Source of the DNA: Cyanophora paradoxa CCMP329
Taxonomy: Eukaryota; Plantae; Glaucophyta
Assembly: GCA_004431415.1 (NCBI GenBank)
Contig: QPMI01000159.1
Location: 1 to 64,000, forward strand
Length of the DNA stretch: 64,000 nucleotides
Reading direction: 5' to 3'
A program made the position numbers and the translations under genes. The notes beneath the pieces were generated by a model, which saw only the letters and a program-made list of their open reading frames with translations, searched no databases and was not told the DNA's origin. Each line of letters opens with the position of its first letter. Position 1 is the stretch's first letter. Below, piece by piece: positions 49,468-61,482 of the stretch.

Positions 49468-51934
49468 TCACAGGCGGGCGAGGCGGTGGACGAAGTTGCG
49501 GGGCCGGCGGGGCGGGGGCGCGGCGGCGGCGGCGATGCCCCCCGCGACGCTCCACCCGTCGCGGTGGACGATGTGGCGGAGGTCGAGGAGCGGGCGCGGC
49601 TCCCGCCGCCCGGCGAGCCCCGCCGCGTCCGAGGCCCCCTGGCACCCGTCGTGCCCCTCCTCCCCCTCCTCGTACGGGTCCGGCTCCAGCATGTGCAGGA
49701 TGATCTCTGCCGCCCCCGCCCCCGCCCGCTCAGCCAAAGGCAGGGGGGAGGAGGGGGGGGGGGGGGGGGGGGGGGGAGTGCCCACCCACGTGCCCGCAGT
49801 CCTCGTACCCGATCACCCGGACGGGCTGTACGGGGGTACAGGTACAGGTGTCTTCAGCAGCGGTGAGGGGCAGGGGAGCCGGGCGCCGTGCACCTGGCTC
49901 GACGCGCGCAGGGCCTCTCCGAGGCGCTGGGAGGAGGCGAGGGGTACGGTTTTGTCGTCCTCGCCGTGCAGCAGGTAGATGGGTACCCCGCCGGGAAGGG
50001 GGCACCCCTCGCTGCGGCCGCCGGCGTGAGGCGCGCGGCAGGAGGGTTCCGGCGCGAGAAGACGCTGTACCCCGGGCGAGAGAGAGCGCGGGCAATGTGG
50101 GTAGGGGAGTACGCGTCGAAAGATTCGTGGGTAGCGCCTGCGCGCGGGGGGCGAGGGATCAGGGGGGTACAGTGAATGACAGACTCGAAACAGAAAACGG
50201 CGTACCCATGCAGGGCTTCATAGAGCTGACCTCGCTCACGCCCCGCCCCGCCTCCCACCTGTAATGCTCCAGGATGTGGTACGGCTGCGCCGAAAGAGCG
50301 GGTCGGCGGGCGCCGGCCGGCGCCAAAAAAAAGCGGGCCCGGCGGGATTCGAACCCCGGACATGCCGATGAAGCCGCGGACGTCGGCGGCGCGGTACTTG
50401 TCGCAGGCGGCGGCCTCGACCCCTGCGGCGACGTGCCTCGCGATGCGGGCGGGCGTGTAGGGCGGCGCGCCGCCCCGCTCCGACAGCGTCTTGTACATCA
50501 GGGCCAGGAGTCCTGCCGGCCCGAGTCGGCAGAGGCGGTGGGGGCGGGAGCGGGGGGAAGGGGGGGAGGGGGGTACGGACCGATGTGGGCCCCGGACGAG
50601 TGCCCGCAGAGGAAGATGCGCGAGGGGTCGCCGCCGTACCCCTCGATGTGCCCTGCCGGCGGCGGCGGGGCGGGCCCGCGTCGGGGCGGGGCGGGGCGGG
50701 GCAGGGGGCGGGGGGGCGCGGGGGCTCCCGGGCCGCACGGAAGGTCCAGCTGAGGGCGCGGCTCACGTCGCGGATCATATCCGTGCACCGCGCCTGCGCG
50801 CGCCGGCAGCCGCTCAGCTCGGAGCCCAGAGCTTCGGGGGCCGCTGGGGGCGGGGCGGACGTCGGGGAAGAGCGTGTAGTTGATGAGGACGCCGACGATG
50901 CCGTTGCGGAGGAAGAGGCGGCCCCCCAGCGCGTAGTCGTCCTTGCAGCCCGACGCCCACGCCCCGCCATGCACTGCCCCCGCCGCCAAGTCAGACGCGC
51001 CGAATCGAACCACCGATTTCGAGGGGGCTCGGGGCGCGCGCGCCGAAGAGGACGACGGGGAGGGGCCGGCGCCCCGAGGCGGCGAACTCGGCGGGGTTGG
51101 GCAGGGCCGGCGAGTAGACGTCGAGGACGTTGCGCTCCAGCGGGCCGTACCGCACGTTCTTCGCGCAGCGCACCGTCTTCGCGTAGAAGCGGTTCGACCT
51201 GCGCGCCGCGCCGCGCCGCCGTCGGTCGCGGACATGTACAAGAGATCGCGGTCCGCGGCCGCGCAGCGCGCCGGCATCTAGAGCGCTGGCGTCGTGCTCG
51301 CTATTCGGGATCAGAATCCGGCTTAAGCTTCGGTCTGAGCTAGGGGCCGCGCGGCAGCGGTCGAAGCTAAAGAGAACGCTCAGGCCGCGAGCCGCCACGC
51401 ACGACGCCTATGCTCGCGTGTGGCGCTGCTAGATAGAATCGGCGGCCGCGGGCATGGGCAGTTTCACGCACTTGAGACGCAGCGGGAACGCCGTGCATGC
51501 GAACGCAACCATTTCAACGACCCGCAGGCCGATCTGGAACGGCGAGCGCAGGCGCTCCGCCCAGGTACGCTCAGTGGCGTCGATCTCATCGTTCGGCCCG
51601 AAGACCCCCAGCATCCTTGCGCGCGCCGCCGGCGCTCCGCCGCGTACACCTAGCCGCCGCGTACTGGCCGGCTCAGCAGGAAAGTCGGCGAAGTCGTACC
51701 CCGCCCACAGTTCGATCAACTTCGACGGTTTCGCTCAGGCTGAGCTCATGATCAGTAGTAGCATCAGGCTGAGCTCAATTGCAGCATCACACGTAGGTGG
51801 GACGATCCACAGTTTCCTGGTGGTCGGCTTGCAGCAGCGGCTGCCGACGCATCCGTCGGCACCGTATACACGTCGGAGGTTGCATTTTTGTGGCGTTCGA
51901 CTCGCAGCGGCGGGTGCTGGCGTGCCGCACCCAT
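49468..51934 (-). CDS. Alpha/beta hydrolase, isoprenylcysteine methylesterase (ICME)/AFMID-like
   Basis: NVRYGPLERNVLDVY, PVVLF|VHGGAWASG, YGGDPSRIFLCGHSSGAHI (GxSxG), LLHGEDDKTVP, CGHV; ends ARL*; probable ATG 51934. Confidence 0.85.
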
Positions 51935-52118
51935 GCGGCTTGCGAGCGCGCGCAACGGAGCGTATCTGCGGGCGGATATCTGAGAGATCGTTGCGAGAGC
52001 GGTCCGGCCGCGCCGCCTGTCGCTAGCGGACGCGCGTGCGGCGGCTCTGGACGCCGCTGCGCATGCAGAGCAGCGCGGATAGGCAGCGCACCGCGCAAGC
52101 ACGAGACCGCAACAAGAC

Positions 52119-54583
52119 ATGCACATGCTGCCGAGACTCCCGAAGCGTGCGGACGGAGCGAGCCGTCGCTCTCCACGTGGGCTGCTCCTCGTTCTCTTTC
52201 CGCTCCTCCTCCTCCTCCTCCTCGGCCTCCCTCGCACATCAGCCGCAGGTGCGCATGCGTCGGAGCGCCTTACGCTCCACATTGCCTTGCCTGAGCGCAC
52301 TTCAGGATGCGGGCTACTCAGTAACATGTACAACCGGCACCTTGTCCTGCGCGACGGCGCATTCCTGCGCTTCGGCCCCGGCGGCGGGCTGAGCCTTGCG
52401 CCCACGTCGTCCTTCTCCGTCTTCCTCCGCTTCCGGCTGCTCGACGCGCCGGCCGGCGAGGCGTCGGCGTACGTCCTGCGGCAAGGCTCCGGCACGGCGC
52501 CCTTCCTCTCCATTGCGATGCTGGAGCTGCGGGGGCCCGCGCTCGTCTCGGGCGGCACGGCGGCCGCCTCCGTGGCGGGAGTCGAGGCGGCCCGGTCGCT
52601 CCAGGTCAACGCCACCGTGTGGCAGAACTGGATCGGCGAGCGCCCGCCCCCGCGCGCGCGCCCCTGCAGGGCGCCCCGCTGACGCGGCCGGCAGTGACCT
52701 ACGACGCCGCGACGCGGCTCCTCTCGCTCTACCAGGGCCAGGGATCCACCATCGTCGAATCCAGCTCCACCGACGACGGTGGCGGCGGCGGCGTCGGCTT
52801 GGGCGCGCCCCGTGTGCCCGAAGTGCGCGCTTGCCCGCTGCGAAGCGGTTTGATTTCGTTCGCACCACTGAGCGCTCGCGCCTTGGCAGTCGGCGGGCAG
52901 CGACGTGTACATCGGCCTGCCCGCGCCGTTCGGCCTCGCGCTCGATAACCTCCGGTACCCCCTCTTCCTTCGGCCCCGCCTCCTCGTCCGCGCCGCGCCG
53001 ACGCTGGCGCAGGATGTGGACCGTCGCGCTCCCCGCGTCCGATGCCCGAGCGTGCGCCCCGCCCCGCCGTTCCTCGCCCGCCGCAGCCTCTCTCTGCCCT
53101 TGCAGCTGACGTCCTTGCAGCTTCCTGGAGCGGAGGGACCCCATCGAGGGGAGCCTCTCGGTCTTCTTCTGGGTGCGCGCTCCCGCCGCGCCACCCCGCC
53201 CCGCCCCGCCCAGATCCTCCTCCTCTTCCGCCTCCTCTGAGATTTGACCGGGCCCAAAGAACGGCGAGGGGGACGCGAGCCAGTCGTGCCGGAGGGAGCT
53301 GAGCCCGTTGGCGAAGTTTTCGGAGGAAGGTGGCGGCAGCTCGTCGTGGGGCAAAGTAAACGAGAAGGAGAGGCCCGATATGATCGTGATGTACATGATA
53401 ATCGTGGTGTTCGTCGTCGGCTCGGGCATCCTCTTCGCGTTGGGCGCCGGCGCGCGGCCCCGCTCCGCCCCGCCCCGCCCGAACGAGCACAGACCGTCGC
53501 TAGAGCTGAGCCTCTGGGTTCGCAGCGTCGCGGGTGCGGCAGATGCTGGCGATGCGGCGGGCGGCGCGCGATGCCGACCAGGTGCGGGTGATGCTGCGGG
53601 AGGTACGCGCCGCTCTCCACGACATCCGCTTCGAATTCCTGGTTCGCCCTCGGCCTCATTCTCATGATCAGCGATTCTTCTCAGCGAGTTTGACTCAACG
53701 AGCTCGCGCAGAACGAGGTCGGCTCGGTCGCCCCCGCGGGCCCGGCGGTCGATCTCTCGCGCTTCCCCCGCATCGGCCGCGGCGCGGCCGCCGACAAGTG
53801 AGACGGCGCCTGCCCCGCCCCTCGCTCTGAGTGCCCATTGTACTTAGGCCTAGGGTGAGCGCCGAGCAGGTGGGGGCCGACCCGCTGGGCCCAGCAGCCC
53901 GGGCCGCCGCGCAGCAGGAGTGGTGCGCTGTACCCGCCACCGCGCCGCCTCGCACACCCTATCCGCCTCACCGTGTCGTCCCCCCCGAAGCACAATCTGC
54001 TTGGACGCTCTCTTCCCGGAGGCCGGGCCCGACCCGGCGCCCGGAGCGGGGGCCGGGACGGGGGGGGAAGATGTGATTCTCCTCCCCTGCTCCCACGTCT
54101 TCCACGTCTCCTGCATCGCCAGGCCCGCTCCTCTCGCTTCATTCTGTACCCCCTTGGTCCCCCTTGACGTCACGCCGCGGCAGGTGGGTGGAGGGGCACA
54201 GCGCGTGCCCCCTCTGCAAGCGCGACCTGCGCCCCTGCGCGCCCGCGACGGCGCCGGCGCCGGGGGCGGGGCCGGGGCCGGAGCTGGACGCGATGCAGCT
54301 GGATGCGGCCCCCGTGCACCCGCTCCCGCGGGCGAGGACGGCCCCGGATCCGGAGGCGGGGTCGGCCCCGCTCCCGGATCCGCCGGCGCCCGCCGGCGTC
54401 GCCGTAAACGTCTTCTTACCGACCCCGCTCCCGGATCCGCCGGCGCCCGCCGGCGTCGCCGTAAACGTCTTCTTACCCCACGTCGTGATGGTTTACGAGC
54501 CCCCGCTCCCGCCTCTGGCCCTCCCGGGCCCCTCGAGCTCGGCCCGGCCCCGCCCCCCCTCGCGCTCCGGGGGGGCCGCCTGA
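52119..54583 (+). CDS. Signal peptide-LamG/ConA-like ectodomain-TM-RING-H2 E3 ligase, copy A
   Basis: Signal GLLLVLFPLLLLLLLGLPRTSAA; WI|VTYDAATRLLSLYQG; TM MIVMYMIIVVFVVGSGILFAL; EC|TICLD..LLPCSHVFHVSCIA|RWVEGHSACPLCK. Confidence 0.8.
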
Positions 54584-55148
54584 CCTCTCGGAGATGCATC
54601 AGCTGCTTCCCATACTTTCAATGTGAATGTGTATATATGTACAGGACGAGTCAAGTCTGACCCCAGATGCCCGAGACGCTGTACATATATATGCATGTGT
54701 TATAATTACTTAACGTTCTATATGATCTAGTCGTGCCTGCCGCGAACCTCTACTTGGTCCTCTAGTACTAGTACTAGTACTAGTCGGGCCGCCGGGCTGC
54801 AGCAGCAGCTGCAGCTGCAGCTCAGCGGCTGGCCATGGTCATGCCGCGGCCGGCGCCATGATATCGATATATATATCGATATCGATGATCATGAGGGTGG
54901 GCGGCCTCATGATCATGAGGCTGCGGGCTCCGGCGCCTCCGGCCGGATCGATAATATCCGGCCTCCGGGCCTCCGGCCGCCGGGCCCGGCTGCGCATGCG
55001 TGGAGGAAGCTAGACGACTGTACCCCGCCCATTGCGCAACGCCGCAACCGCGGCAACGCCGCAACACGTCGCAACAACGCCGCAACAACGCCGCAATTTC
55101 GCCGGTTTGCTCATCAGGGAACAGCGCGACTTAGGCCACGGCCTTCCT

Positions 55149-55330
55149 GTAGCATCAGGCTGAGCTCAACTGCAGCATCACACGCAGGTGGGAGGATCCA
55201 CGTGCACAGCTTCCTGGTGGTCGGCTTGCAGCAGCGGCAACCGACGCATCCGTCGGCACCGTCTACACGTGGGAGGTTGCAGTTTTGTGGCGTTCGGCTC
55301 ACAGCGGCGGGTGCTGGCGTCCGCACCCAT
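55149..55330 (-). pseudogene. Orphan duplicate of the esterase first exon
   Basis: Diverged copy of 51757-51934 including the ATG (55330); downstream esterase exons are absent. Confidence 0.65.
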
Positions 55331-55490
55331 GCGGCTTGACCTTTAGATGAATATGTACATTCCGAGGTTTGCTCAGGCGGCTCGGGCCTGTCGCTAGTGG
55401 ACGCGCGTGCGGCGGCTCTGGACGCCGCTGCGCATGCAGAGCAGCGCGGATTGGCAGCGCACCGCGGCAAGCACGAGACCGCAAGAAGAC

Positions 55491-57924
55491 ATGCACCAGC
55501 TGCCGAGACTTCTGAAGCGTGCGGACGGAGCGAGCCGTCGCTCTCCACGTGGGCTGTTGCTCGTTCTCGTTCCGCTCCTTCTCCTCCTCGGCCTCCCTCG
55601 CACATCAGCCGCAGGTGCGCATGCGTCGGAGCGCCTTACGCGCCACATGGCCTTGCCTGAGCGCCCTTCAGGATGCGGGCTTCTCAGTAACATGTACAAC
55701 CGGCACCTTGTCCTGCGCGACGGCGCATTCCTGCGCTTCGGCCCCGGCGGCGGGCTGAGCCTTGCGCCCACGTCATCCTTCTCCGTCTTCCTCCGCTTCC
55801 GCCTGCTCGACGCGCCGTCCGGCGAGGCGTCGGCGTACGTCCTGCGGCAAGGCTCCGGCACGGCGCCCTTCCTCTCCATTGCGATGCTGGAGCTGCGGGG
55901 GCCCGCGCTCGTCTCGGGCGGCACGGCGGCCGCCTCCGTGGCGGGAGTCGAGGCGGCCCGGTCGCTCCAGGTCAACGCCACCGTGTGGCAGAACTGGATC
56001 GGCGAGCGCCCGCCCCCGCGCGCGCCCCCCCGCAGGGCGCCCCGCTGACGCGGCCGGCAGTGACCTACGACGCCGCGACGCGGCTCCTCTCGCTCTACCA
56101 GGGCCAGGGATCCACCATCGTCGAATCCAGCTCCACCGGCGACGGCGGCGGCGGCGGCGTCGGCTTGGGCGCGCCCCGCGTGCCCGAAGTACGCGCTTCC
56201 CCGCTGCGAAGTGGTTTGATTTCGCGTCGCTGAGCGCTCGCGCCTTCGCAGTCTGCGGGCAGCGACGTGTACATCGGCCTGCCCGCGCCGTTCGGCCTCG
56301 CGCTCGATAACCTCCGGTACCCCCTCTTCCCTCGGCCCCGCCTCCTCGTCCGCGCCGCGCCGACGCCGGCGCAGGATGTGGACCGTCGCGCTCCCCGCGT
56401 CCGATGCCCGAGCGTGCGCCCCGCCCCGCCGCTCCTCGCCCGCCGGGCCCTCTCTTCCTCCTCCTTTCGCCGCTGACGGCCGCCCGTGCCAGCTTCCTCG
56501 CCGGGGGCCGCAGGGACCCCAACGAAGGGAGCCTCTCGGTGTTCTTCTGGGTGCGGGCGCCATCCCGCCCCGCCCCGCCCCGCCCCGCCCCGCCTCCTCT
56601 GAGATCTGATCGGGCCCGAAGGCGGGGGAGGGGGACCCGGGCCAGTCGTGCCGCGGGGAGCTTAGCCCGTCGGCGACGTTCTCGCAAAGCGGCGGGGGCG
56701 GCTCCTCGTGGGGCAGCGAGGTGGCCAGCATCCGCGTCAACTGGGCGCTCATGACCATCGCGGTGCTCGTCGTCGGCTCGGGCGTCCTCTTCGCGATGGG
56801 CGTCGGCGCGCGGCCCCCCGCCCCAAGCCGAGCCGAGCCAGCCCTAAGCTGATCATGAGCCCCCGGCTTCGGACGCGCAGCGTGGCGGATGCGGCAGGTG
56901 CAGGCGATGCGGCGGGCGGCGCGCGCCGCCGACTTCCTCGTCCTCTCTTCCGCCCTCCACGACATCCGCATCGTGGCCCGCCCCCTCCCCCCCCTCCCCA
57001 CCCCCCCCCCACCCCCCACCCCACCCCGCTTCCTCCCGCTCCTTCTCAGCGCGTTCGGCTCTTTGAACGAGCCCGCGCAGAACGAGGACGGGTCGGGCGC
57101 CCCCGCGGGCCCGGCGGTCGATCTCTCGCGCTTCCCCCGCATCGGCCGCGGCGCGACCGCCGACAAGTAAGCCGGCGCCGGGCCCGCCCCTCGCTCTGAG
57201 TGCTCATTGTACTTAGGGGAAGCGCCGAGCGGGCGGGGGCCGCCGACCCGCTAGGCCTAGGAGCCCGGGCCGCCGCCCAGCAGGAGTGGTGCGCTGTTCT
57301 CGCCACCGCGTCGCCTCGTACCCCCCTTCGCCTCACCGTATCATACACCCTCCGCAGCGCGATCTGCTTGGACGCTCTCTTCCCGGAGACCGAGCCCGAC
57401 CCGGCGCCCGGAGCGGGGGCCGGGGCCGGGGCCGCGGCGGAGGAAGAGGAGGCGATTCTCCTCCCCTGCTCTCACGTCTTCCACGTCTCTTGCATCGCCA
57501 GGCCCGCTCCTCTCGCTTCATTCTGTACCCCCGTGGCCCCCCCGTGACGTCACGCCGCGGCAGGTGGGTGGAGGGGCACAGCGCGTGCCCCCTCTGCAAG
57601 CGCGACCTGCGCCCCTGCGCGCCGGCGCCGGCGCCGGCGCCGGGGGCCGAGTCAGAGCTGGACGCGATGCAGCTGGAGGCGGCTCCCGTGCACCCCCTCC
57701 CGCGGGCGAGGACGGCCCCGGATCCGGAGGCAGCGTCGGCCCCGCCCCCGGATCCGCCGGCGCCCGCCGGCGTCCACGTCGCCGTCGACGTCGACGTACC
57801 CCACGTCGTTATGGTCAGCACCGAGCCCCCGCTCCCGCCTCTGGCGCTCCCGGGCCCCTCGCCCCGGCCCCGGCCCCCCTCGCGCTCCGGGGGGGCCGCC
57901 CCCGATCCCCGACCCGCCTTCTGA
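55491..57924 (+). CDS. Signal peptide-LamG/ConA-like ectodomain-TM-RING-H2 E3 ligase, copy B
   Basis: Paralog of 52119-54583 with the same exon structure; TM WALMTIAVLVVGSGVLFAM; EC|AICLD..CSHVFHVSC..CPLC. Confidence 0.8.
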
Positions 57925-58075
57925 CCCGCCCCCCCTCGGACCCGCTTCCCGTGTCTTCCAACGTGTACAGAACCAAGTCAACATGCACATGTCTGTACAG
58001 GCCCGGGTCCGAGATGATCGAGGCGCTGTGGCAGTACTAGCCGTGCACGCAGCCGCGGCGCGGGGCGCGCAGGGC

Positions 58076-59405
58076 TTAGCTAGGGGATAGATCCTCCGAG
58101 CCGCGCACGTTGCGCCACGCTCCGTGCGCGCCGAGGCTTCGCCCGCGGGCGGAGGCGGGGGCTGCGGCCGCGGCCGGCGCCGGCGTGCGTGCCCGAGGGT
58201 CCCGCACCGCAGCCGAAGCGCTAGCCGCGGCCGCGGCGGGGGCGGCCGCGGCCAGCTCGTCGCGGAGCTCCATGAGCACCTCCCCGAGGCGGTTGTGGCC
58301 GGAGCCGTCCCCGCCGTCCCCCCAGTAGCCGTCCGCCCCCGTCCGCTCCACCAGCCGCCTCCGCCCCGTCCCCAGCAGCTGCCACCCCGCCTATGCATAT
58401 GGCATGCTTATGATGACCGGGCGCGCTTCAAATTCAAAGGCTTTAATGGATAGGCTTAAGCTTGTGCTTTATTTCAAATTTCCACTCCGGTTCGGCTTAA
58501 GTATAAGCTATGTATCAATTTGCGCGGCTCATTCGATTCGTTTCTCGAGCTCGCACCCTGTCGCGGAGGGCGGCGTCCTGGGAGAACTTGGCCCGCACCG
58601 CCTCCCGCATCAGCGCGTCCCGCTGCGTCTGCCCGCGTCGAGATTAAACTTATCTTGTGCTCGATTTTAAACTTAAGCTTGAGAGAGGTTAAGGTCGAGG
58701 TGGCTTCATGATCCGGGTTCGAGGGCTCGGGCTTGCCTCCCAGCCCGGCCGGAGGGCGTCCGAGGAGGCCCACGCGATCTCGAGCGCGAGGCGCGCGCAG
58801 GGCGCCCGCCGCGCGCGCTCCGCCACCGCCGCCGACGGGCCGCGAGCGCCCCGCGCGTGCCGCGAGAACTTGAGGTACTGCAAGCGCGAACACGTTAATT
58901 ATCATAGTATATAATTGCAGGGGCAGGCGCGAAAACCTGATCATGATATATAGCGCGAGGATCGCCGAATTCAATGATTCGAATCGGTGAGAAAAGAGAT
59001 CTAGAGCCCGCACCTGATAAAGGTGCTCCGCAGTCGCGAAACTTCTCCCCTCGTACTGAATTGGAGCCCCTTCCTGCGAAAATCAGAGCATGCGAAAATC
59101 AGAGCATGACACTCGCGACTCGCCGTCTTCAAATTAAAATCAAGCCCTTCAGCGTCTCACATAGAAATTGGTAAACTCGAAGTACGGGTGGGCCCGGTGG
59201 TAGAAGAAGATGGTGTTCGGCGGGGGCTCCGGCGGGGGCCCCGGGTCCCGTGCCGGCGAGGGCGGCCGCCGCAGCGGGGAGGCCGGCCTCGCGGCCGAAT
59301 TCGAAGCGGCCGAAGCGGACGTCAACGTCGACGCTGTTGCCGGCGCCGGCGGCCGCGGGCGCTGGTGGCCGACGGAGACGGATCGCCCGCGAGGCTGGAC
59401 TAGTA
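58076..59405 (-). CDS. NADAR (DUF1768/YbiA-like) family hydrolase; start not located
   Basis: TIFFYHRAHPYFEFTNFY|EGAPIQYEGRSFATAEHLYQ|YLKF..LRPGWE|TQRDALMREAVRAKFSQDAALRDR|LLGTGRRRLVERTGADGYWGDGGDGSGHNRLGEVLMELR. Confidence 0.9.
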
Positions 59406-60444
59406 CTGCTGAAAGATTCGCGGGGGGCGCTGCAGCTGCGGCTGGGATTGAACGCCTGCGAAAATAGAAGAATTGGTTTAAGCTCTGATGCCGGCGCCGG
59501 CCGCGGGACAACGTCAACTGCAAGCTAGGAGCGCGAGCTTGTCTGAAATGTATATAATTTAAATAAATCGCACACTCTTTAAAGCTTGACGGCGAAAAGT
59601 TACTGTGATCAGAGGCACGTGCACATCCAGAGCTCGGAATCGCCGCGGCTGGCCACGGCGAGCTCCAGACGTCGACTGGTCTTCGAATGCGCGAGCTGTT
59701 CGAATTCGCTGCCGGATACGCGAGTAAGCTCTCCCTTGTCCGCGCACGCGGCTGATCATGATGATCATGAGTCTGCACGTGCGCGCGATTCGCTTCGACT
59801 TCGGCTTGGCTCGAGCTGCGTGAGCTCGCCTCGCGCGCCGGCGAATTTAATAGAATGCGCCGGCCGTGGATGTAAGCACGTGTACGGGCCGGCTCCAGGT
59901 CTGCGAAAGGACGACCATCAATATTTTGGCCGCGCAGGGGCATTCGCAACGACGGCGCGGCGATATCTAGATTTCGATATCGCCGTGGAAGGTTGCGAGG
60001 TCAAGAAGCCCGGACCAGCGATGCGCGCCGTCGACTCCGGCCTGAACATCGTCGCGGGCTCCATGTGCCGCCTCAGAAATTCTGTGATATTAAACGAATT
60101 CGAATTGCGTTGCGAATTCTCTGGGTTCGGGTGCTCCCGGGTCTCCATCGGCACGGAAAGAGCGGGGAAGGCCTAGGGCAAAGTGCATGAGAGCTCGCGG
60201 AGGGATATCGGGGAAGTGAGAGAAGAGGCGGCCCACGGCATTCAAGAAATTTAAAGAGGAGACGGCAGTTGGGGAACTTTCGCGGCAGTTAAGAAAGAGG
60301 AGATCTCGAAATCATGGAGCTCGGAAAACAAGCTAGGCCCGGCGGTCTGAGGGATCGGAGCTCGAGCTCAAGCCAGAGTTGGTACTCCAGAATTATTCGG
60401 CCGAACAGCTGCGCAGTCGGCCAACAATCGGATCCGCTGGCGCG

Positions 60445-61482
60445 ATGTGCTACAGTTTGGGCCACATTTGCGAGCGCACCGGGTGCCGTGTGAGCACGCA
60501 GCGCAAGTTCTGTTCCGTCTCCTGTGCCAACCCTGACCTGCTGAACGTCGGTGCGCGCTTTTCGCGGCTTTTCGCGATCGAAGAGCAAATTTCGCCGAGC
60601 CGAAACGTCCGACGGTCTTTACCGGGTGGCAGCGGCGCGCACGAAGGACGCGGGGCCGTGCGCTCTCCTCGGCTGCGCGAAGGCCCGCGCCTTCGACTCG
60701 TCGACGGGTCAGTTCCACCTGTTCTGCTCGCGTCAGCATGCCCTCGCGTTCAGCGGTAAGCTCCGCGCGCGATTTTAGTTTAATTTGCGAAATTGAAATT
60801 CAAATCCAACTTCGTAGCGCCGGCGCCGGCAGCGTCCGCCGTCTCTGCGCAGGCTGCAGCGCTAGCTGCTCCGGCTGTCGTAAATCTTCCGCCGGCGCTT
60901 CAAAAGGCGAAGGTGCCCACGACCTTGAATGGGGGCCGTAATTCGAAGCTCAAGGCGCTGCCCGATAAACAAACGGGTTCGTGCACTGGGCCCGCTGCTA
61001 GCGCTGTCAGATCTAGTTTAATTTATAGTCACTTCAATTCGGTTCGCAGCGGGACAGGCCGAGGGGAGCTTCCTGGTGTTCGCGATCCCATCCTCAGCAG
61101 GCTCCACGCTCAGCGGCGAGTGGTGCGGGGCAGTTCCTTAAGCTTCCTTTAATTACAAAGGAAGCACATGCACAATATAAACTTTATAAAAAATTACGAG
61201 CTCGCGATCGCCGACTAGGCTAGTCGCGCGCGGCTCGAGTTGCGCGGCGATCCTTTGAACAGCAATTGCAATATTAATTTCATATCCGATGATCGTCTCT
61301 CGCGCAGGATGCCCGCCCAAATGCGGCACGTCCCCGCGCGGGTCCTGGCCCCCCTGTTTGCTGCGCGCGGTGAGCGACTGACTATAATCACCGCGAGCCT
61401 CGGAGGCACGTGAAACCTTGAAGCTCACAGCTCATCATGTTCAGGGCCGGAGGCCGGTCGGGTGCTCGAGCTCGAATCTTGA
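60445..61482 (+). CDS. Small spliced protein with two C-x4-C...FCS-x2-C/H zinc-finger-like motifs
   Basis: CERTGCRVSTQRKFCSVSC and CALLGCAKARAFDSSTGQFHLFCSRQH in successive GT-AG exons; downstream exons and stop tentative. Confidence 0.5.

Larger units (their letters stand above)
51757..58030. repeat. Tandem segmental duplication (~51757-54700 vs ~55149-58030)
   Basis: Collinear high similarity covering the esterase first exon, the shared promoter and the whole RING gene. Confidence 0.9.

Noticed and set aside
50320-50400. tRNA genes at GGTTCGA motifs (also near 14910, 16650, 28650, 39370)
   Set aside because: No A-box/D-arm or cloverleaf upstream, and most overlap coding exons
55030-55100. 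GCAAC-rich repeats as a CRISPR-like array
   Set aside because: Units are short and irregular with no unique spacers, and the context is eukaryotic
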